Shown: in pieces, positions 20,707 to 31,495 of the stretch | Position numbering within the stretch: position 1 is the first letter of the stretch | How the letters are laid out: each line of letters starts with the position of its first letter | Translations under genes and position numbers: made by a program | The notes under the pieces: model-generated | Told to the model about the DNA's origin: nothing | The model's database searches: none | Seen by the model: only the letters and a program-made list of their open reading frames with translations | Assembly (NCBI GenBank): GCA_030550585.1 | Contig: JAUQPB010000003.1 | Location: 196,333-260,332, forward strand | Direction of reading: 5' to 3' | From: Thermoproteota archaeon | GTDB taxonomy: Archaea; Thermoproteota; Thermoprotei_A; Sulfolobales; Ignisphaeraceae | Length of the DNA stretch: 64,000 bases

Positions 20707-22083
20707 CTATTTAAGGAACTTGCTCTCCCATTTCTTTGCTATCTCAACGCTCTGTGAAACATCTATAAATAATTTGCATGCCTCTTCAACATCCTCTTCT
20801 TTTATTTCGTCTCTGCCCTTCCTCTCGGCAATGATTTTGGCTGGCTGCATTAATTGGATTGCATACCTCAAGCTTCTTTCACTTGCTATCTTAACTAAAT
20901 ACTCTATTGCATCCTTAGAGAGTTTTATCTCCTCCTCCTCGGCTCTGATCATTATTATTTCCCTTATCTCATCCGGGTTATATGGTCTTACACTTATGAT
21001 TAGAAGTCTATCCAAAAGATCGAGAGGCATTCCGTGAGGACCTTCATAATCAGTACCACGAATTCTTGTTATACCTCTGTTTGTAGCAAGTATAAGTATT
21101 GGCGAGAACTCGCTTTCCATCACCCTTGTTAGAAAGCTGAATGCCTCTATATCAAGCATATGTACATCGTCTATGAATAACACACCTGGGACAAGGGTTA
21201 CCTTGCCCTCACTCAACGCCTTTCTAACAGAATCGTCAACAGCTTTTCTGATCTCAGGATCTATTTCCCTCTCCTCGGATCCAACGCCAATCAATGATAT
21301 TACAGCCCTCTTCTGCGCCGCATATGCTTCATCCAAGTCATGTAGTGTAACAGTTCTCACAATTTCTTTTTCTTTGAATATCTTTCCCTTTGGCATATCC
21401 TCTAAAACCCTAGACGTTTCTATGTCATAGTATCTTGCCTTTTCTATTCCCTTCACCCTGCCCAACTTGAAAACTTCACCAGAATCGGCATCTATACTTA
21501 TCAGATCACCCCTCCTTATAGAGAGTTGCGCAAGTTGCATAGCTATCGACTGGTCCACCTCTAGCGTTTTCTCCTCATCTTTCGTGGTGAGGGTTATCCT
21601 AGCACCACGTGGCACTTTAACATATGGGTTAAAGGGGTGAGACGCTAAAGCAAACTTGATCTCCTTTACAACACCTTCGTAAACCCTTCTCAACTCCCTT
21701 ACTCTGATTCCAATAGCTCTTCTAACAGCCCTCATCAAAATTTCTGTCTTTTTAATTTCAGTTGAATAGAGCTCAGCACCATTTATCATTACGAAGGGTG
21801 TGTCCTCACCAAGCTCTCTCGCTATTGCGATTGCAAGTGCTGTTTTGCCTGAGCCCGGTGGGCCAACAAGCAATATTCCTCTTCCAGCAAGCTTACCCTC
21901 TTTAATCATCTTGACAACTATTCCAGCCGCTTTCCTCGCCTCTAGCTGCCCCACAAGACCGTCTGCAATGTATTTAGGCTCGCCTTTCTCATCTAAACCC
22001 AGCCCCCTTATGTGGCTATGTGCGCTAATCCTCTTCAACATCTCTCTTTTGGATTCTTCTTTCACCTCTCTAATCATGCTCAA
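20707..22083 (-). CDS. TIP49/RuvB-like AAA+ helicase
   Basis: ISAHSHIRGLGLD, GPPGSGKT, PGVLFIDDVHMLDIEAFSFL, ATNRG, PHGMPLDLLDRLLI, SLRYAIQL. Confidence 0.95.
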   Translation of the reverse strand: MSMIREVKEESKREMLKRISAHSHIRGLGLDEKGEPKYIADGLVGQLEARKAAGIVVKMIKEGKLAGRGILLVGPPGSGKTALAIAIARELGEDTPFVMINGAELYSTEIKKTEILMRAVRRAIGIRVRELRRVYEGVVKEIKFALASHPFNPYVKVPRGARITLTTKDEEKTLEVDQSIAMQLAQLSIRRGDLISIDADSGEVFKLGRVKGIEKARYYDIETSRVLEDMPKGKIFKEKEIVRTVTLHDLDEAYAAQKRAVISLIGVGSEEREIDPEIRKAVDDSVRKALSEGKVTLVPGVLFIDDVHMLDIEAFSFLTRVMESEFSPILILATNRGITRIRGTDYEGPHGMPLDLLDRLLIISVRPYNPDEIREIIMIRAEEEEIKLSKDAIEYLVKIASERSLRYAIQLMQPAKIIAERKGRDEIKEEDVEEACKLFIDVSQSVEIAKKWESKFLK

Positions 22084-22254
22084 TGAACATCACCTATTAT
22101 ATACATTAAGTTTATTTCTATACAATTCCAAGCTTATAACCTTTCATATTAAGTGAGCTTGCTACTATGACTTAATGAAAGTTCTTAAAAGAGCTTATAA
22201 AACAGAAATTTATATCCACATGCAGTCAATAAAAATAGGCAGCGGGTATGTATT

Positions 22255-23697
22255 GTGAAAAAACAGATTGATTATATTACTATAACTCTTTTGATTATTA
22301 TCACGGCTGTTCACATATATCTAACAACAATGCAAGCTCTAAACTTTGAAAGAGAAGAGCTGCAGAGATTCTATTCGGGTGCAAAGGGTTATGTATCTGA
22401 TGAAGTTTGGTATGTTGATGCTGCTAGAAATATTTTGAGAAAGGTATTTGGGCTAGAGCCTAAGCAGATAGGGGGATGTAATGCAACAATAGTGTATCCC
22501 ACTAAAGACGATGCTTTAAAGGCTGCATCAATTGCGCCGCAGTATGGAGTGTCCGTTGTTACAACATCTTTTAATAAGATAAACGCTATTTATGTTCATG
22601 CAAAAGATGGAGATACCATAAAGAGGTTTGCAGATGCCACTAGTGCAAGTGATGTTGTTTATGGATGGATACTAGGCGATGCTGAGGGTATAAACAATTA
22701 TCTTAATCTTGAGCACCCGCCAATGGCAAAATATATAATAGCTATTTTTATGGCTTTGCTAGGGGATAGACCAATTTACTGGCGAATTCCCTCAATTATA
22801 ATGGGTTCTCTAACAGTTATAATCTCTTTTCTAATTGTGAAAAAGCTCACAAAATCTAATGAACTTGGTCTCATAGTAGCTGCAGCAATAGCTGTTGATC
22901 CTATGATGAGAAATCTTGCATCTATTGCATTACTAGATATATATGTGGCTATGTCGACAGCGCTAGCAATTCTATTAGCCGTTAATGAAAGATATAAAGA
23001 ATCCATTATAGCACTGGGCTTTGCATCCACATTCAAATTCACGGCACTTCTAGCCTTTCTACCAATACTTTTGCTATATATAAACAGTCTTGTTAGAAAT
23101 GGTGAGAGAAGATTCATAAAAATATTTTCTAGATTCGTGGATCTCTTCATACTGATGCTATTATCCTTTATCTTCTTCCAATTGGTGGTGTCAATACCAA
23201 TAATATTCAAGTTTGGATTGAGTACATGGATTAATCAAAGTGTTTTAGGGGCTATCTCATGGCACCTTAGAGTTAAATGTGTTGGAAGTGGATGTCCTAT
23301 TGCATCTACTCCCTGGGAATGGTTCTTCGGACTAAATTCTTTCCCTCTCTACATATATCCAACAGGAGTGACAGTATATGCACAAGGATTTGTGCCAGCA
23401 TATGCTCTAAGCTTCATCTTACTGATACTCACAATAGCTTATAGAGGTTTTGACTCTGCAAGCAAAAAACCTTGGCTTATACTAACTGGATTTGTTCTAG
23501 CATATGTAATGCTTTGGCTTGCTGGATCTAGATCACAGTATAGCTTCTATGCTGTTCAAATAACACCGTATATCTACATCTACCTTCTCACACAGTTGTA
23601 TGAGTATGTATGGAGAGATGCTATAGCCAAAACCTTCGAAGCATGGAAAAAGGTCTTTGAGAATACATGGCACATAATCTTGGTTTTGCTAGGTTGA
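22255..23697 (+). CDS. PMT/GT39-like GT-C membrane glycosyltransferase
   Basis: YVSDEVWY, NLEHPPMAK, WRIPSI, LLDIY, STPWEW; multiple TM helices. Confidence 0.8.
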   Translation: MKKQIDYITITLLIIITAVHIYLTTMQALNFEREELQRFYSGAKGYVSDEVWYVDAARNILRKVFGLEPKQIGGCNATIVYPTKDDALKAASIAPQYGVSVVTTSFNKINAIYVHAKDGDTIKRFADATSASDVVYGWILGDAEGINNYLNLEHPPMAKYIIAIFMALLGDRPIYWRIPSIIMGSLTVIISFLIVKKLTKSNELGLIVAAAIAVDPMMRNLASIALLDIYVAMSTALAILLAVNERYKESIIALGFASTFKFTALLAFLPILLLYINSLVRNGERRFIKIFSRFVDLFILMLLSFIFFQLVVSIPIIFKFGLSTWINQSVLGAISWHLRVKCVGSGCPIASTPWEWFFGLNSFPLYIYPTGVTVYAQGFVPAYALSFILLILTIAYRGFDSASKKPWLILTGFVLAYVMLWLAGSRSQYSFYAVQITPYIYIYLLTQLYEYVWRDAIAKTFEAWKKVFENTWHIILVLLG

Positions 23698-23701
23698 GAA
23701 A

Positions 23702-24535
23702 ATGGTTATAGAAAAAGATCTTGGGAAAATGCTTAGCGAGCTATCCAAAACCCTTTCAAATCTAGGTCTCGATATGAATGATCTGAAAAGCTCTGTCCAC
23801 GGGCTTGAAAAAAGCCAGCAGTTCCTCATATCAATAAAATCGCTAAAAATCTTAGAGAAAATCTTTACAGGATTAACTGATCTTAAAGGGCTCTTAGAAA
23901 AAAGCGAGCTGAAAGACTTTTTGACCCAGGCAATCCCCATCATCAAAAGTATTTCAAATAGTGTAAAAGATCTGAGCATCGAATTCAATGCCTCTACGGC
24001 TAGATTAATCCCACTTCTTACAATAGCCATACTCACTTCAATGATATCCAGCGTCACAACATTAGCAATCTTATATCAATTTCAAATATTAGGTACACCG
24101 AGTTTCCTAGTCCTTACATTAATGGTATTGTTCGTGACAGTAATTGCACTACTTTCGCTATACCTCAAATTATTATTGGTGCTTACTTTAGCGCCTCTGG
24201 CTGCCCTTCCATCGCTAGTTGCATCCACAATAGGCCTAATTTTACATCGATCTATGAGCCCCGTAATTATTATTCTAATTGTGTTTAACATAATTCTATT
24301 AGTTGCATTGCTCAGATTCTTGATTCTACAGGCAAATGCATATAAGATTGCCATTAGCATTGTAGCGTCTATTTATCGTGTGATAGATGAGCTAAAGACA
24401 ATTGCTGAAAACAAGTTGAGAACAGCCCCAGCTAGTCAGCTCGCCACACCAAATGAAGTTCTGTTCACTAAGGTTTATGGTAATGAAGCTAGTGAGCTTA
24501 TTAAGTACGCTACAGATGTTAACAAAGTAAAGTAG
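23702..24535 (+). CDS. Membrane protein with N-terminal coiled coil
   Basis: Heptad-rich N-terminus followed by about four TM helices. Confidence 0.6.
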   Translation: MVIEKDLGKMLSELSKTLSNLGLDMNDLKSSVHGLEKSQQFLISIKSLKILEKIFTGLTDLKGLLEKSELKDFLTQAIPIIKSISNSVKDLSIEFNASTARLIPLLTIAILTSMISSVTTLAILYQFQILGTPSFLVLTLMVLFVTVIALLSLYLKLLLVLTLAPLAALPSLVASTIGLILHRSMSPVIIILIVFNIILLVALLRFLILQANAYKIAISIVASIYRVIDELKTIAENKLRTAPASQLATPNEVLFTKVYGNEASELIKYATDVNKVK

Positions 24536-24536
24536 T

Positions 24537-25028
24537 TTGCTTGGTGTTTTTAAAATGCCTGAGAAACAAGTGCAACAACAAAAAACTAAGGAACTTAAAA
24601 CATTTTCAACACAAGTCGTCACACTAGATACAATAAAAAACGATAAGAGAAAAATGACATTGCTACACATAATTAAGGTGCTAAATGCTGTAAGTGAAAA
24701 AGGGTTATCTTACCTAGTAACTGTGCTTCACGACGAGAAGAAAGTTGACCTAGGTTACACAATTGTTAGGTTGGGTAACAGAGTCATAGTGAAAGACTTG
24801 CTTGAGGATATAAAAGCCCTACTATATGTAGGTCTCATTGAATCTGATCCAAAAACTAAAAAACTTCAGCTAACTAGTAGAGGAAAGGAGTTTTTGGAAT
24901 CCTTACAAATTGCAGATACAAAATTGTCTGAGGTGCTCAGCTCAGTAGAAGAATTGAAGAGTAGGGTAATTGCGGTAGACGAGGAGGTTGCGGCGGCAAC
25001 GCAATTAGCAAAACAATCTAGGAAATGA
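24537..25028 (+). CDS. Winged-helix-like hypothetical protein
   Basis: LLYVGLIESDPKTKKLQLTSRGKEFL wing pattern; start probably ATG 24555. Confidence 0.6.
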   Translation: MLGVFKMPEKQVQQQKTKELKTFSTQVVTLDTIKNDKRKMTLLHIIKVLNAVSEKGLSYLVTVLHDEKKVDLGYTIVRLGNRVIVKDLLEDIKALLYVGLIESDPKTKKLQLTSRGKEFLESLQIADTKLSEVLSSVEELKSRVIAVDEEVAAATQLAKQSRK

Positions 25029-25123
25029 CTGTGAAGCAAATGAAATAATAAAAAGTGCCAAAAGGTATGCGAAAATAATGTCAAAAACGCGTTTAGGTAT
25101 TTTAGATAGTGAGTTGCTTGTCT

Positions 25124-25549
25124 TTAAATTGATAGTGATATGCCTTCGCGTTCTCCTCTTCTTCTTCTACCACTATCACTAAATAACTCTAGTAGAAGGG
25201 GGTTTAGCTTACCCTCTTTCTCTAACTTAGATATGTAGTCTCTAAACTCTGATGTGTGCTTAATGTCTAAATCTATTAATTGCTGTAGTATATTGTAAAC
25301 AGTGGTCCATACAAATTCGAGCTCTTCTTTAGGCATGTTACTAATTATGAATGGATCTTGTAGCCAGTTGTCAAAGGCTTTTAGCGTTCTGATCATGTGT
25401 TGAAAAGCCATTCTGGTGTAGAGTATTAGTTCGAGTCTGTCGCCTTTCTTGGCATTCTCATTAACATTGCCAAACCATTCCTTAACCTTTTTCTGCATTT
25501 CAATCCATTGTGTTAAGCTATCATACATTGAAGACATCTCATGTTGCAC
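25124..25549 (-). CDS. DUF2153-like crenarchaeal protein
   Basis: DRLELI..R.AFQHM.RTLKAFDNWLQDP, LDIKHTS. Confidence 0.7.
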   Translation of the reverse strand: MQHEMSSMYDSLTQWIEMQKKVKEWFGNVNENAKKGDRLELILYTRMAFQHMIRTLKAFDNWLQDPFIISNMPKEELEFVWTTVYNILQQLIDLDIKHTSEFRDYISKLEKEGKLNPLLLELFSDSGRRRRGEREGISLSI

Positions 25550-25597
25550 CTTATAACATTATTCATTTTCCTGTGTTTTACATTAGCATAAGTTGTG

Positions 25598-26011
25598 TTA
25601 TTTGCTTAATAAATTATATGGTTTCCCATGTAACTTAATCTCGTCTGGTATTTTATCTCTATACATGTTGAGAAATGCTGTGTCCTCCTCTTTTTTCCTG
25701 TAATTATCTGGCAACAGCCTAGGAATCTCATCTAATATGGGATACCATCTACCGCAGTTTTCACAATATAAAATACCTGTCTTCACCTCAATCTTTATGC
25801 ATTCATCGCATGGCACTTCCTCACCCTTCTCGCTAAGATCCTTAATATAAGTGTTTTTGAATGAGCAATACAAATCGCAAAGAGGTTTTTGAATATTCTG
25901 CGGAATCCTTCTATGATCATATATCACAGTTTCTATTACAAATAACCTTAGAGGAAAACCCTTGTCTTTGCAGTAAGGACATGCCAAGTAATTTAGGAGT
26001 CTATACTTCAT
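25598..26011 (-). CDS. trm112: Trm112-family methyltransferase activator
   Basis: LLNYLACPYCK...GILYCENCGRWYPILDEIPRLLP. Confidence 0.85.
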   Translation of the reverse strand: MKYRLLNYLACPYCKDKGFPLRLFVIETVIYDHRRIPQNIQKPLCDLYCSFKNTYIKDLSEKGEEVPCDECIKIEVKTGILYCENCGRWYPILDEIPRLLPDNYRKKEEDTAFLNMYRDKIPDEIKLHGKPYNLLSK

Positions 26012-27444
26012 CTTCCTAACCTTTTCCTGATTTCCTCTATTTTGTCTAGCAGTTCAGATAATATCCTCTTCGATACTGCTTCATCCCACGATTCCACAGT
26101 TATCCTCATCAATGGCTCAGTACCGCTTGGTCTAACAAGAAATGCTGCATTATCCATGACAACCTTTATCCCATCTATATCAATTATTTTATACGAGCTA
26201 TAATATTTCTTTAGAGCCTCTACAATAGCAAGTCCCTCTTCCCTATTGTTAATCGGTATTTTCGTTCTTAATATAGCTGGTTTTTGAATGGAGTCTACAA
26301 TATAGGAGAGTTTGAAGTCTCTTTCCACAAGCATGTCAGCCATCAAGGCAGCTGAAGCCGTTCCATCTCTAACTAGTTGGTGAGGAACATAAGCAAATCC
26401 TCCATTGTCCTCAAATCCGGAAAGGGCTCCTCCGAGTTCAACAATTTTTCTTGCTATATTCAAGAACCCAACTCTTGTCCATACAACCTCTATGCCATTT
26501 TTGATCAGATACTTGTCTGATAGAATATGACTTGTAGATATAGCTGTAACAACCCTTCTTGGCAGACCAGGATTCTTCTCAGATACATAGTTAGTTAATA
26601 TTATTGCAGATATTGTCCCGTCTACAAACCTACCTTGATCATCAACAAAAATGGCTCTGTCACCATCTCCATCATGTGCTACGCCAAAATCAGCGTTAAC
26701 AGCTTTAACAACCTGCATTAGGTCTGCTAAGGTTTCAGCTGTTGGCTCATATGGTCTATAGGGCAAGCCTATGTCTGCATTTATTGTTAGAACCTTTAAA
26801 CCAAGTTCTTTTAGTACTCTGGGTGTCGTTAAAGCCGAGACACTATTAGCACAGTCTACAACAACTCTCATCTCTTTTCTTTTAAATTTATTGCCATCAA
26901 AATGTTTCTTAACGCCATTTACATAATAATCTATTGCTGAATCGAATCTCTCAACAGGTTTTAGATCATGCCAAGACACTCTCCTAAATTTTGTTTCAAA
27001 TAATATCGATTCTATTTCAGCATCAACCTCAGGTGGGGCCTCTATACCGTCACTCAAAACAACCTTTATTCCCACCCACTCAGGAGGGTTGTGACTTGCT
27101 GTGACAACAACACCGTAATCAAAACCGCATTCTTTAACACAGTATTGTAAGGCTGGCGTGGGTATGAAGCCAGCATCATAAACCTTTGTACCTGCTGAGA
27201 CCAACCCTGCTACGACCAGATTGTAAACTAGGTTGTTGCCTATTCTCGCATCCTTACCTACTAAGGCTCTAGATCCTGTGGGAAAGTAGCTTGCAATGGC
27301 CATAGCTAATCTCAAGGGAAATGATGCATCCTCTTTATCTACAACCCACCTAACACCATCAGTTCCAAACAGTTTTCTTTCAACTGTTTTCTGCATTAGC
27401 TTCACCCAGTTAGTGCTTGTTCTTCTTCTGTGAAGAGCAATCAC
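26008..27444 (-). CDS. Phosphohexomutase (PMM/PGM / phosphoglucosamine mutase)
   Basis: LFGTDGVR, TASHNP, DGDGDR, RPSGTEP; start probably ATG 27396. Confidence 0.93.
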   Translation of the reverse strand: MIALHRRRTSTNWVKLMQKTVERKLFGTDGVRWVVDKEDASFPLRLAMAIASYFPTGSRALVGKDARIGNNLVYNLVVAGLVSAGTKVYDAGFIPTPALQYCVKECGFDYGVVVTASHNPPEWVGIKVVLSDGIEAPPEVDAEIESILFETKFRRVSWHDLKPVERFDSAIDYYVNGVKKHFDGNKFKRKEMRVVVDCANSVSALTTPRVLKELGLKVLTINADIGLPYRPYEPTAETLADLMQVVKAVNADFGVAHDGDGDRAIFVDDQGRFVDGTISAIILTNYVSEKNPGLPRRVVTAISTSHILSDKYLIKNGIEVVWTRVGFLNIARKIVELGGALSGFEDNGGFAYVPHQLVRDGTASAALMADMLVERDFKLSYIVDSIQKPAILRTKIPINNREEGLAIVEALKKYYSSYKIIDIDGIKVVMDNAAFLVRPSGTEPLMRITVESWDEAVSKRILSELLDKIEEIRKRLGR

Positions 27445-27494
27445 CTTATAAATTTGTTTAAAAGTTTATCTATACGATAATGTGGTAGAAAAAA

Positions 27495-28568
27495 TTGATG
27501 ACAATATGGCTAGATGTTTTAACGCCAAAGCAGGCAAAGCTTTTTGGCCATATCTATCTAAGCCTAAGAGAAAATGGCTACAAGGTTATTCTAACTGCAA
27601 GGAACTATGAATATACACTCTCTGTCTTAAGGAGCATTGGCGTAGAATACAAAGCTGTTGGACAATATGTTGAGGGTTTAAAAGAAAAGGTCGTTGAAGA
27701 GGCGAAAAGGATGCTGTCTCTTCTTGAGATTTTAGAGAATTTCGATGTTTTGATAGCCTTTCCCAACCCAGTTGCATCTAGAATAGCCTTTGGCTTAGGA
27801 AAACCATACATAGCATTTACTGACAGCCCTCATAGCAAGGCTCCATCAAGACTTTCCCTACCTCTTTCAACTGCCGTCATATTTTCTTCGTGTATTCCTA
27901 GAGAAGAGATTGAAAAATATATATACAGAGAAGGAACTATCATTAGACAATTCCACGGCGTAGATGAGGTAGAGTGGCTAAAAGAATTCAATCCAGACCC
28001 TCACTACATAAGTAAATGGGGTTTAGAACCATACGAATATGTTGTGATTAGACCGCCAGAGACAAAGGCCTCATATTACACAATGCAGGGACATAACATT
28101 GTTGCACTACTTGAAAAGATTATCGCAGAATCCATAGCAAAAGGATACAAGGTTTTTTACATACCAAGATATAAAGACGATCCTCTAATGCATAAACATG
28201 AAGGGAATCCAAATGTCATTATACCAAGTAATACTGAAGATGTAGACGCTTCGAAGATCAGCTACTATGCAAAACTTGTTATTACCGGTGGGGGAACTAT
28301 GGCAAGAGAAGCAGCACTACTTGGAACACCAGGACTGTGCCTATTTCCAACTAGGCTTTATGTAAATGAGTGTGTATCTGAATGGGGATTTCCACTATTC
28401 CATGTACCAGAAGTGCAAAAAGCATATGAAACATTTAGACATTTAATAGATACGCCGGCCAACCAATTAGAGCAGTATAAAGTGCTCGCAAAAGAGAGAA
28501 TCCGCCTTCTCGAAACACCATCACAAGCACTCAAAAACGTCTTAAAAGAGATAGAAAAGGGGATTTAA
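27495..28568 (+). CDS. DUF354 family GT-B-like protein
   Basis: IWLDVLTPKQ, VIRPPETKASYY, GGGTMAREAALLGTP. Confidence 0.8.
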   Translation: MMTIWLDVLTPKQAKLFGHIYLSLRENGYKVILTARNYEYTLSVLRSIGVEYKAVGQYVEGLKEKVVEEAKRMLSLLEILENFDVLIAFPNPVASRIAFGLGKPYIAFTDSPHSKAPSRLSLPLSTAVIFSSCIPREEIEKYIYREGTIIRQFHGVDEVEWLKEFNPDPHYISKWGLEPYEYVVIRPPETKASYYTMQGHNIVALLEKIIAESIAKGYKVFYIPRYKDDPLMHKHEGNPNVIIPSNTEDVDASKISYYAKLVITGGGTMAREAALLGTPGLCLFPTRLYVNECVSEWGFPLFHVPEVQKAYETFRHLIDTPANQLEQYKVLAKERIRLLETPSQALKNVLKEIEKGI

Positions 28569-28793
28569 ACCCCATACTCCATGTAATTTTTATGATGCCA
28601 CAATATTTTCTTATATTTGTCCTCACCAGACTGCCATAATTTCAGGATGGTTTAAAATATTCATCTCCAATAAGAGCCCAAGCTATTGTTTGATACAATC
28701 CGGAAATATATTTTGTTTTTAATATTTTAAACCCTAATCCAAGATTTTGATTCTAGGATGCTAGTATGTCAGAAGCTGTGTTGAGGTAGTAAT

Positions 28794-29477
28794 ATGCGCA
28801 CAAAGATTTTAGCTGGCATTGATGAAGCTGGAAGAGGGCCAGTTATAGGCGATATGTTCATAGCCTTGGTCGCTGTAGAAAGTAGATATCTACCAGTGCT
28901 ACAAGTAGCTGGGGTAAAAGACAGTAAAAAGCTGTCTAAAGCGAAAAGAGAGCAGTTGCTTCCCATAATATTTTCCCTTTCATCTCTGGTTATTGTAAGC
29001 AGAATTCAACCTAATCAAATAGATGAATACAATATCAACGTCTTAGAGATGAACACTATTTTAGACTTGGTTAGAAGGGCCCGAAGGTTGGTAAACCTAG
29101 AGGAGGTTTATATAGATGCTTTCACAGATCCAGGTAAAATCGTAGAAAAGGTGAGATTGGTAGACAACGACTTAAAGATTTTCGCAGAATTTAAAGCAGA
29201 TTCCAAGTATGTGGTTGTTGGGGCAGCAAGCATAGTAGCAAAGGTTCTACGTGACAAGCATATAGATGGTCTCAAAGCTATCTACGGCGATTTTGGTAGT
29301 GGCTACCCGAGTGATGGGAAAACGATAGAATGGTTGAAAAACTATTATAGACTTCATAAAGAGATTCCCCCAATTGTTAGAAGATCTTGGGCCACAGTAA
29401 AAAAGTTGCTATACGAAGAGGTTGGAAGAAGCAAAACACTATTCGACTACACTTACAACAGAGAAGCGTCTAAATAG
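28794..29477 (+). CDS. rnhB: Ribonuclease HII
   Basis: GIDEAGRGPVIG, VKDSKKL, AASIVAKV, GSGYPSD. Confidence 0.96.
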   Translation: MRTKILAGIDEAGRGPVIGDMFIALVAVESRYLPVLQVAGVKDSKKLSKAKREQLLPIIFSLSSLVIVSRIQPNQIDEYNINVLEMNTILDLVRRARRLVNLEEVYIDAFTDPGKIVEKVRLVDNDLKIFAEFKADSKYVVVGAASIVAKVLRDKHIDGLKAIYGDFGSGYPSDGKTIEWLKNYYRLHKEIPPIVRRSWATVKKLLYEEVGRSKTLFDYTYNREASK

Positions 29478-29529
29478 CTTATAATCAAGAATAGGCAACA
29501 CAGATTTTGCATAAAAAGAGGAAGAGCTA

Positions 29530-30096
29530 ATGCCAAGTTATCCAAGGTTTGTAGTAGATTCAATGCTTGGTCATGTGGCTAGATGGCTAAGGCTTTTAGG
29601 CTATGATACACTATACTATAGGAAAATAGATGATTGGAAACTTCTGAGAATAGCAAAGAACGAGGATAGAATACTTTTGACTAGGGATCAGGGGCTCTAC
29701 AATAGGGCAAAAAAGCTGCGTATAAGAGCCTTTTTTGTTGAGGATCCTGACATAAGTTCTGTTTTAGCCGAGCTTTCTACTAGGTTTAACATACAGCTAG
29801 AGTTTAATAAGAATGATACGAGGTGCCCAAACTGTAACACTCCTCTTCGCTACACAACGTCAGTTGCTGAAGTTGCGCACAAGGTCTCCAAAAACATCGC
29901 GTTGAAGTATAGGGAATTTTGGATATGCCCTTCATGCAAAAAGGTCTACTGGCAGGGCACCCACTGGAAGACGATAAATGATATTCTAGAAAATTCTAAG
30001 ATTAAAAAAGCTAGTAGGCTAGGAAACATAGCTATTAATATGAGGAGAGTTGGTGTAGAAGATAGTGGTATAGGTGCTGGAAATGAGTCAAGATGA
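29530..30096 (+). CDS. Mut7-C RNase domain protein (DUF82)
   Basis: DSMLGHVARWLRLLGYDT, RILLTRD, RCPNCN, CPSCKKVYWQGTH. Confidence 0.9.
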   Translation: MPSYPRFVVDSMLGHVARWLRLLGYDTLYYRKIDDWKLLRIAKNEDRILLTRDQGLYNRAKKLRIRAFFVEDPDISSVLAELSTRFNIQLEFNKNDTRCPNCNTPLRYTTSVAEVAHKVSKNIALKYREFWICPSCKKVYWQGTHWKTINDILENSKIKKASRLGNIAINMRRVGVEDSGIGAGNESR

Positions 30097-30736
30097 CATC
30101 ATTTTACCTAGCGAATTGACGCTTGAGGATGGAGTTTACCTAGTGAAATTGGCTAGAAGAGCCATAGAGGAATATATAAAGAAAGGTATTAAGTTGGAGC
30201 CCGATAGAGATGCAAATAAAAAGTTTTTAAAACGTGGAATGAGCTTTGTAACCATAGAAAGAATTGTTGGCTCCAATGAGAAAGAGCTTAGGGGTTGCAT
30301 AGGATTTCTACAGCCAATCTCATCGTTGGCGAGAGTAGTAATAGAATCGGCAATCGCTGCTGCTACCGAAGACCCGAGATTCCCGCCGCTGAGAGAAGAG
30401 GAGCTAAATGAAATTGTTATAGAGGTTTCTATACTATCGCCTCCAAAACCTGTGAAAAACCCACTAAATGAAATTGTAATTGGTAGGCATGGAATAATAG
30501 TTTCGAGGGGGTGGAACTCCGGAACACTTCTACCGCAAGTTCCAATAGACTACTGTTGGGATGTAGAAACATTTCTTGCAGAAGGGTGTTTGAAGGCTGG
30601 GCTAGAGCCAGACTGTTGGTATGATCCTAAGACCAAGATATTTGTTTACGAAAGCAAGGTATTCTACGAAGAGAAGCCGTATGGCAATGTGAAAGAGCGC
30701 GATCTTAACATGGAGTATGCTACAAAATGTCAATAA
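30074..30736 (+). CDS. AMMECR1-domain protein
   Basis: LRGCIG, DPRFPP, EVSILS, LLPQV, CLKAG. Confidence 0.92.
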   Translation: MLEMSQDDIILPSELTLEDGVYLVKLARRAIEEYIKKGIKLEPDRDANKKFLKRGMSFVTIERIVGSNEKELRGCIGFLQPISSLARVVIESAIAAATEDPRFPPLREEELNEIVIEVSILSPPKPVKNPLNEIVIGRHGIIVSRGWNSGTLLPQVPIDYCWDVETFLAEGCLKAGLEPDCWYDPKTKIFVYESKVFYEEKPYGNVKERDLNMEYATKCQ

Positions 30737-30827
30737 GGATTTGGAGTCAAATCCAATACTACTTTTAAATTTTATATACGATATTTAGGGTATTGATGCG
30801 ACAAAACCTTGTCTAGGTGTATATTTT

Positions 30828-31358
30828 GTGATACTATCAGATTTTGATTTAATCAATTATATAAAAAGCGGAAGACTTGTAATAGAGCCTTTTTCAGATG
30901 AGATAGTTAGAGAGAATGGTCTAGACCTTAGAATTGGAGACGAAGTATGTATTTTAAACGAGGTAAACACAGTTTTAGACCCATACGACGCCAATGTCGA
31001 TATAAACACCTTTTATAACTGCTTTAAAATAGATGAAATTGTCTTCGAACCGAGGAAAATCTATTTAGCTACAACAGTTGAGTATATAAAGGTCCCTCCA
31101 GAGCTCATGGCCTTTGTAGAGCTCAGATCAACATTTGCAAGAATGGGTTTATCGATACCTCCAACAATAATCGATGGCGGATTCGAAGGTCAAATAACAA
31201 TAGAGATTCATACATCAACTTTTCCAATAAAAATCAGAAAGAACACTAGGTTTCTCCACATAGTGTTCTCAAAAGTTTCTACACCTATTCAGAAACCATA
31301 TACTGGTAGATACCAGGGGCAAAGAGGTGTTAGGCCACCGAAACTTCCAATCCAATGA
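30828..31358 (+). CDS. dcd: dCTP deaminase
   Basis: ENGLDLR, LRSTFARMG, IDGGFEGQITIE, YQGQRGV. Confidence 0.92.
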   Translation: MILSDFDLINYIKSGRLVIEPFSDEIVRENGLDLRIGDEVCILNEVNTVLDPYDANVDINTFYNCFKIDEIVFEPRKIYLATTVEYIKVPPELMAFVELRSTFARMGLSIPPTIIDGGFEGQITIEIHTSTFPIKIRKNTRFLHIVFSKVSTPIQKPYTGRYQGQRGVRPPKLPIQ

Positions 31359-31495
31359 AAAATAGAATCGAGTGATTTTAATTCAAGTTCTACTCTATTT
31401 CCTATGGTTTAGCTATGTTCTGAAGTTGTATGGCTATGGATGATTAAACATAATATCCTAGTTAAGCCAGATTTTTTAACGAGGAGTGCTAGCTG

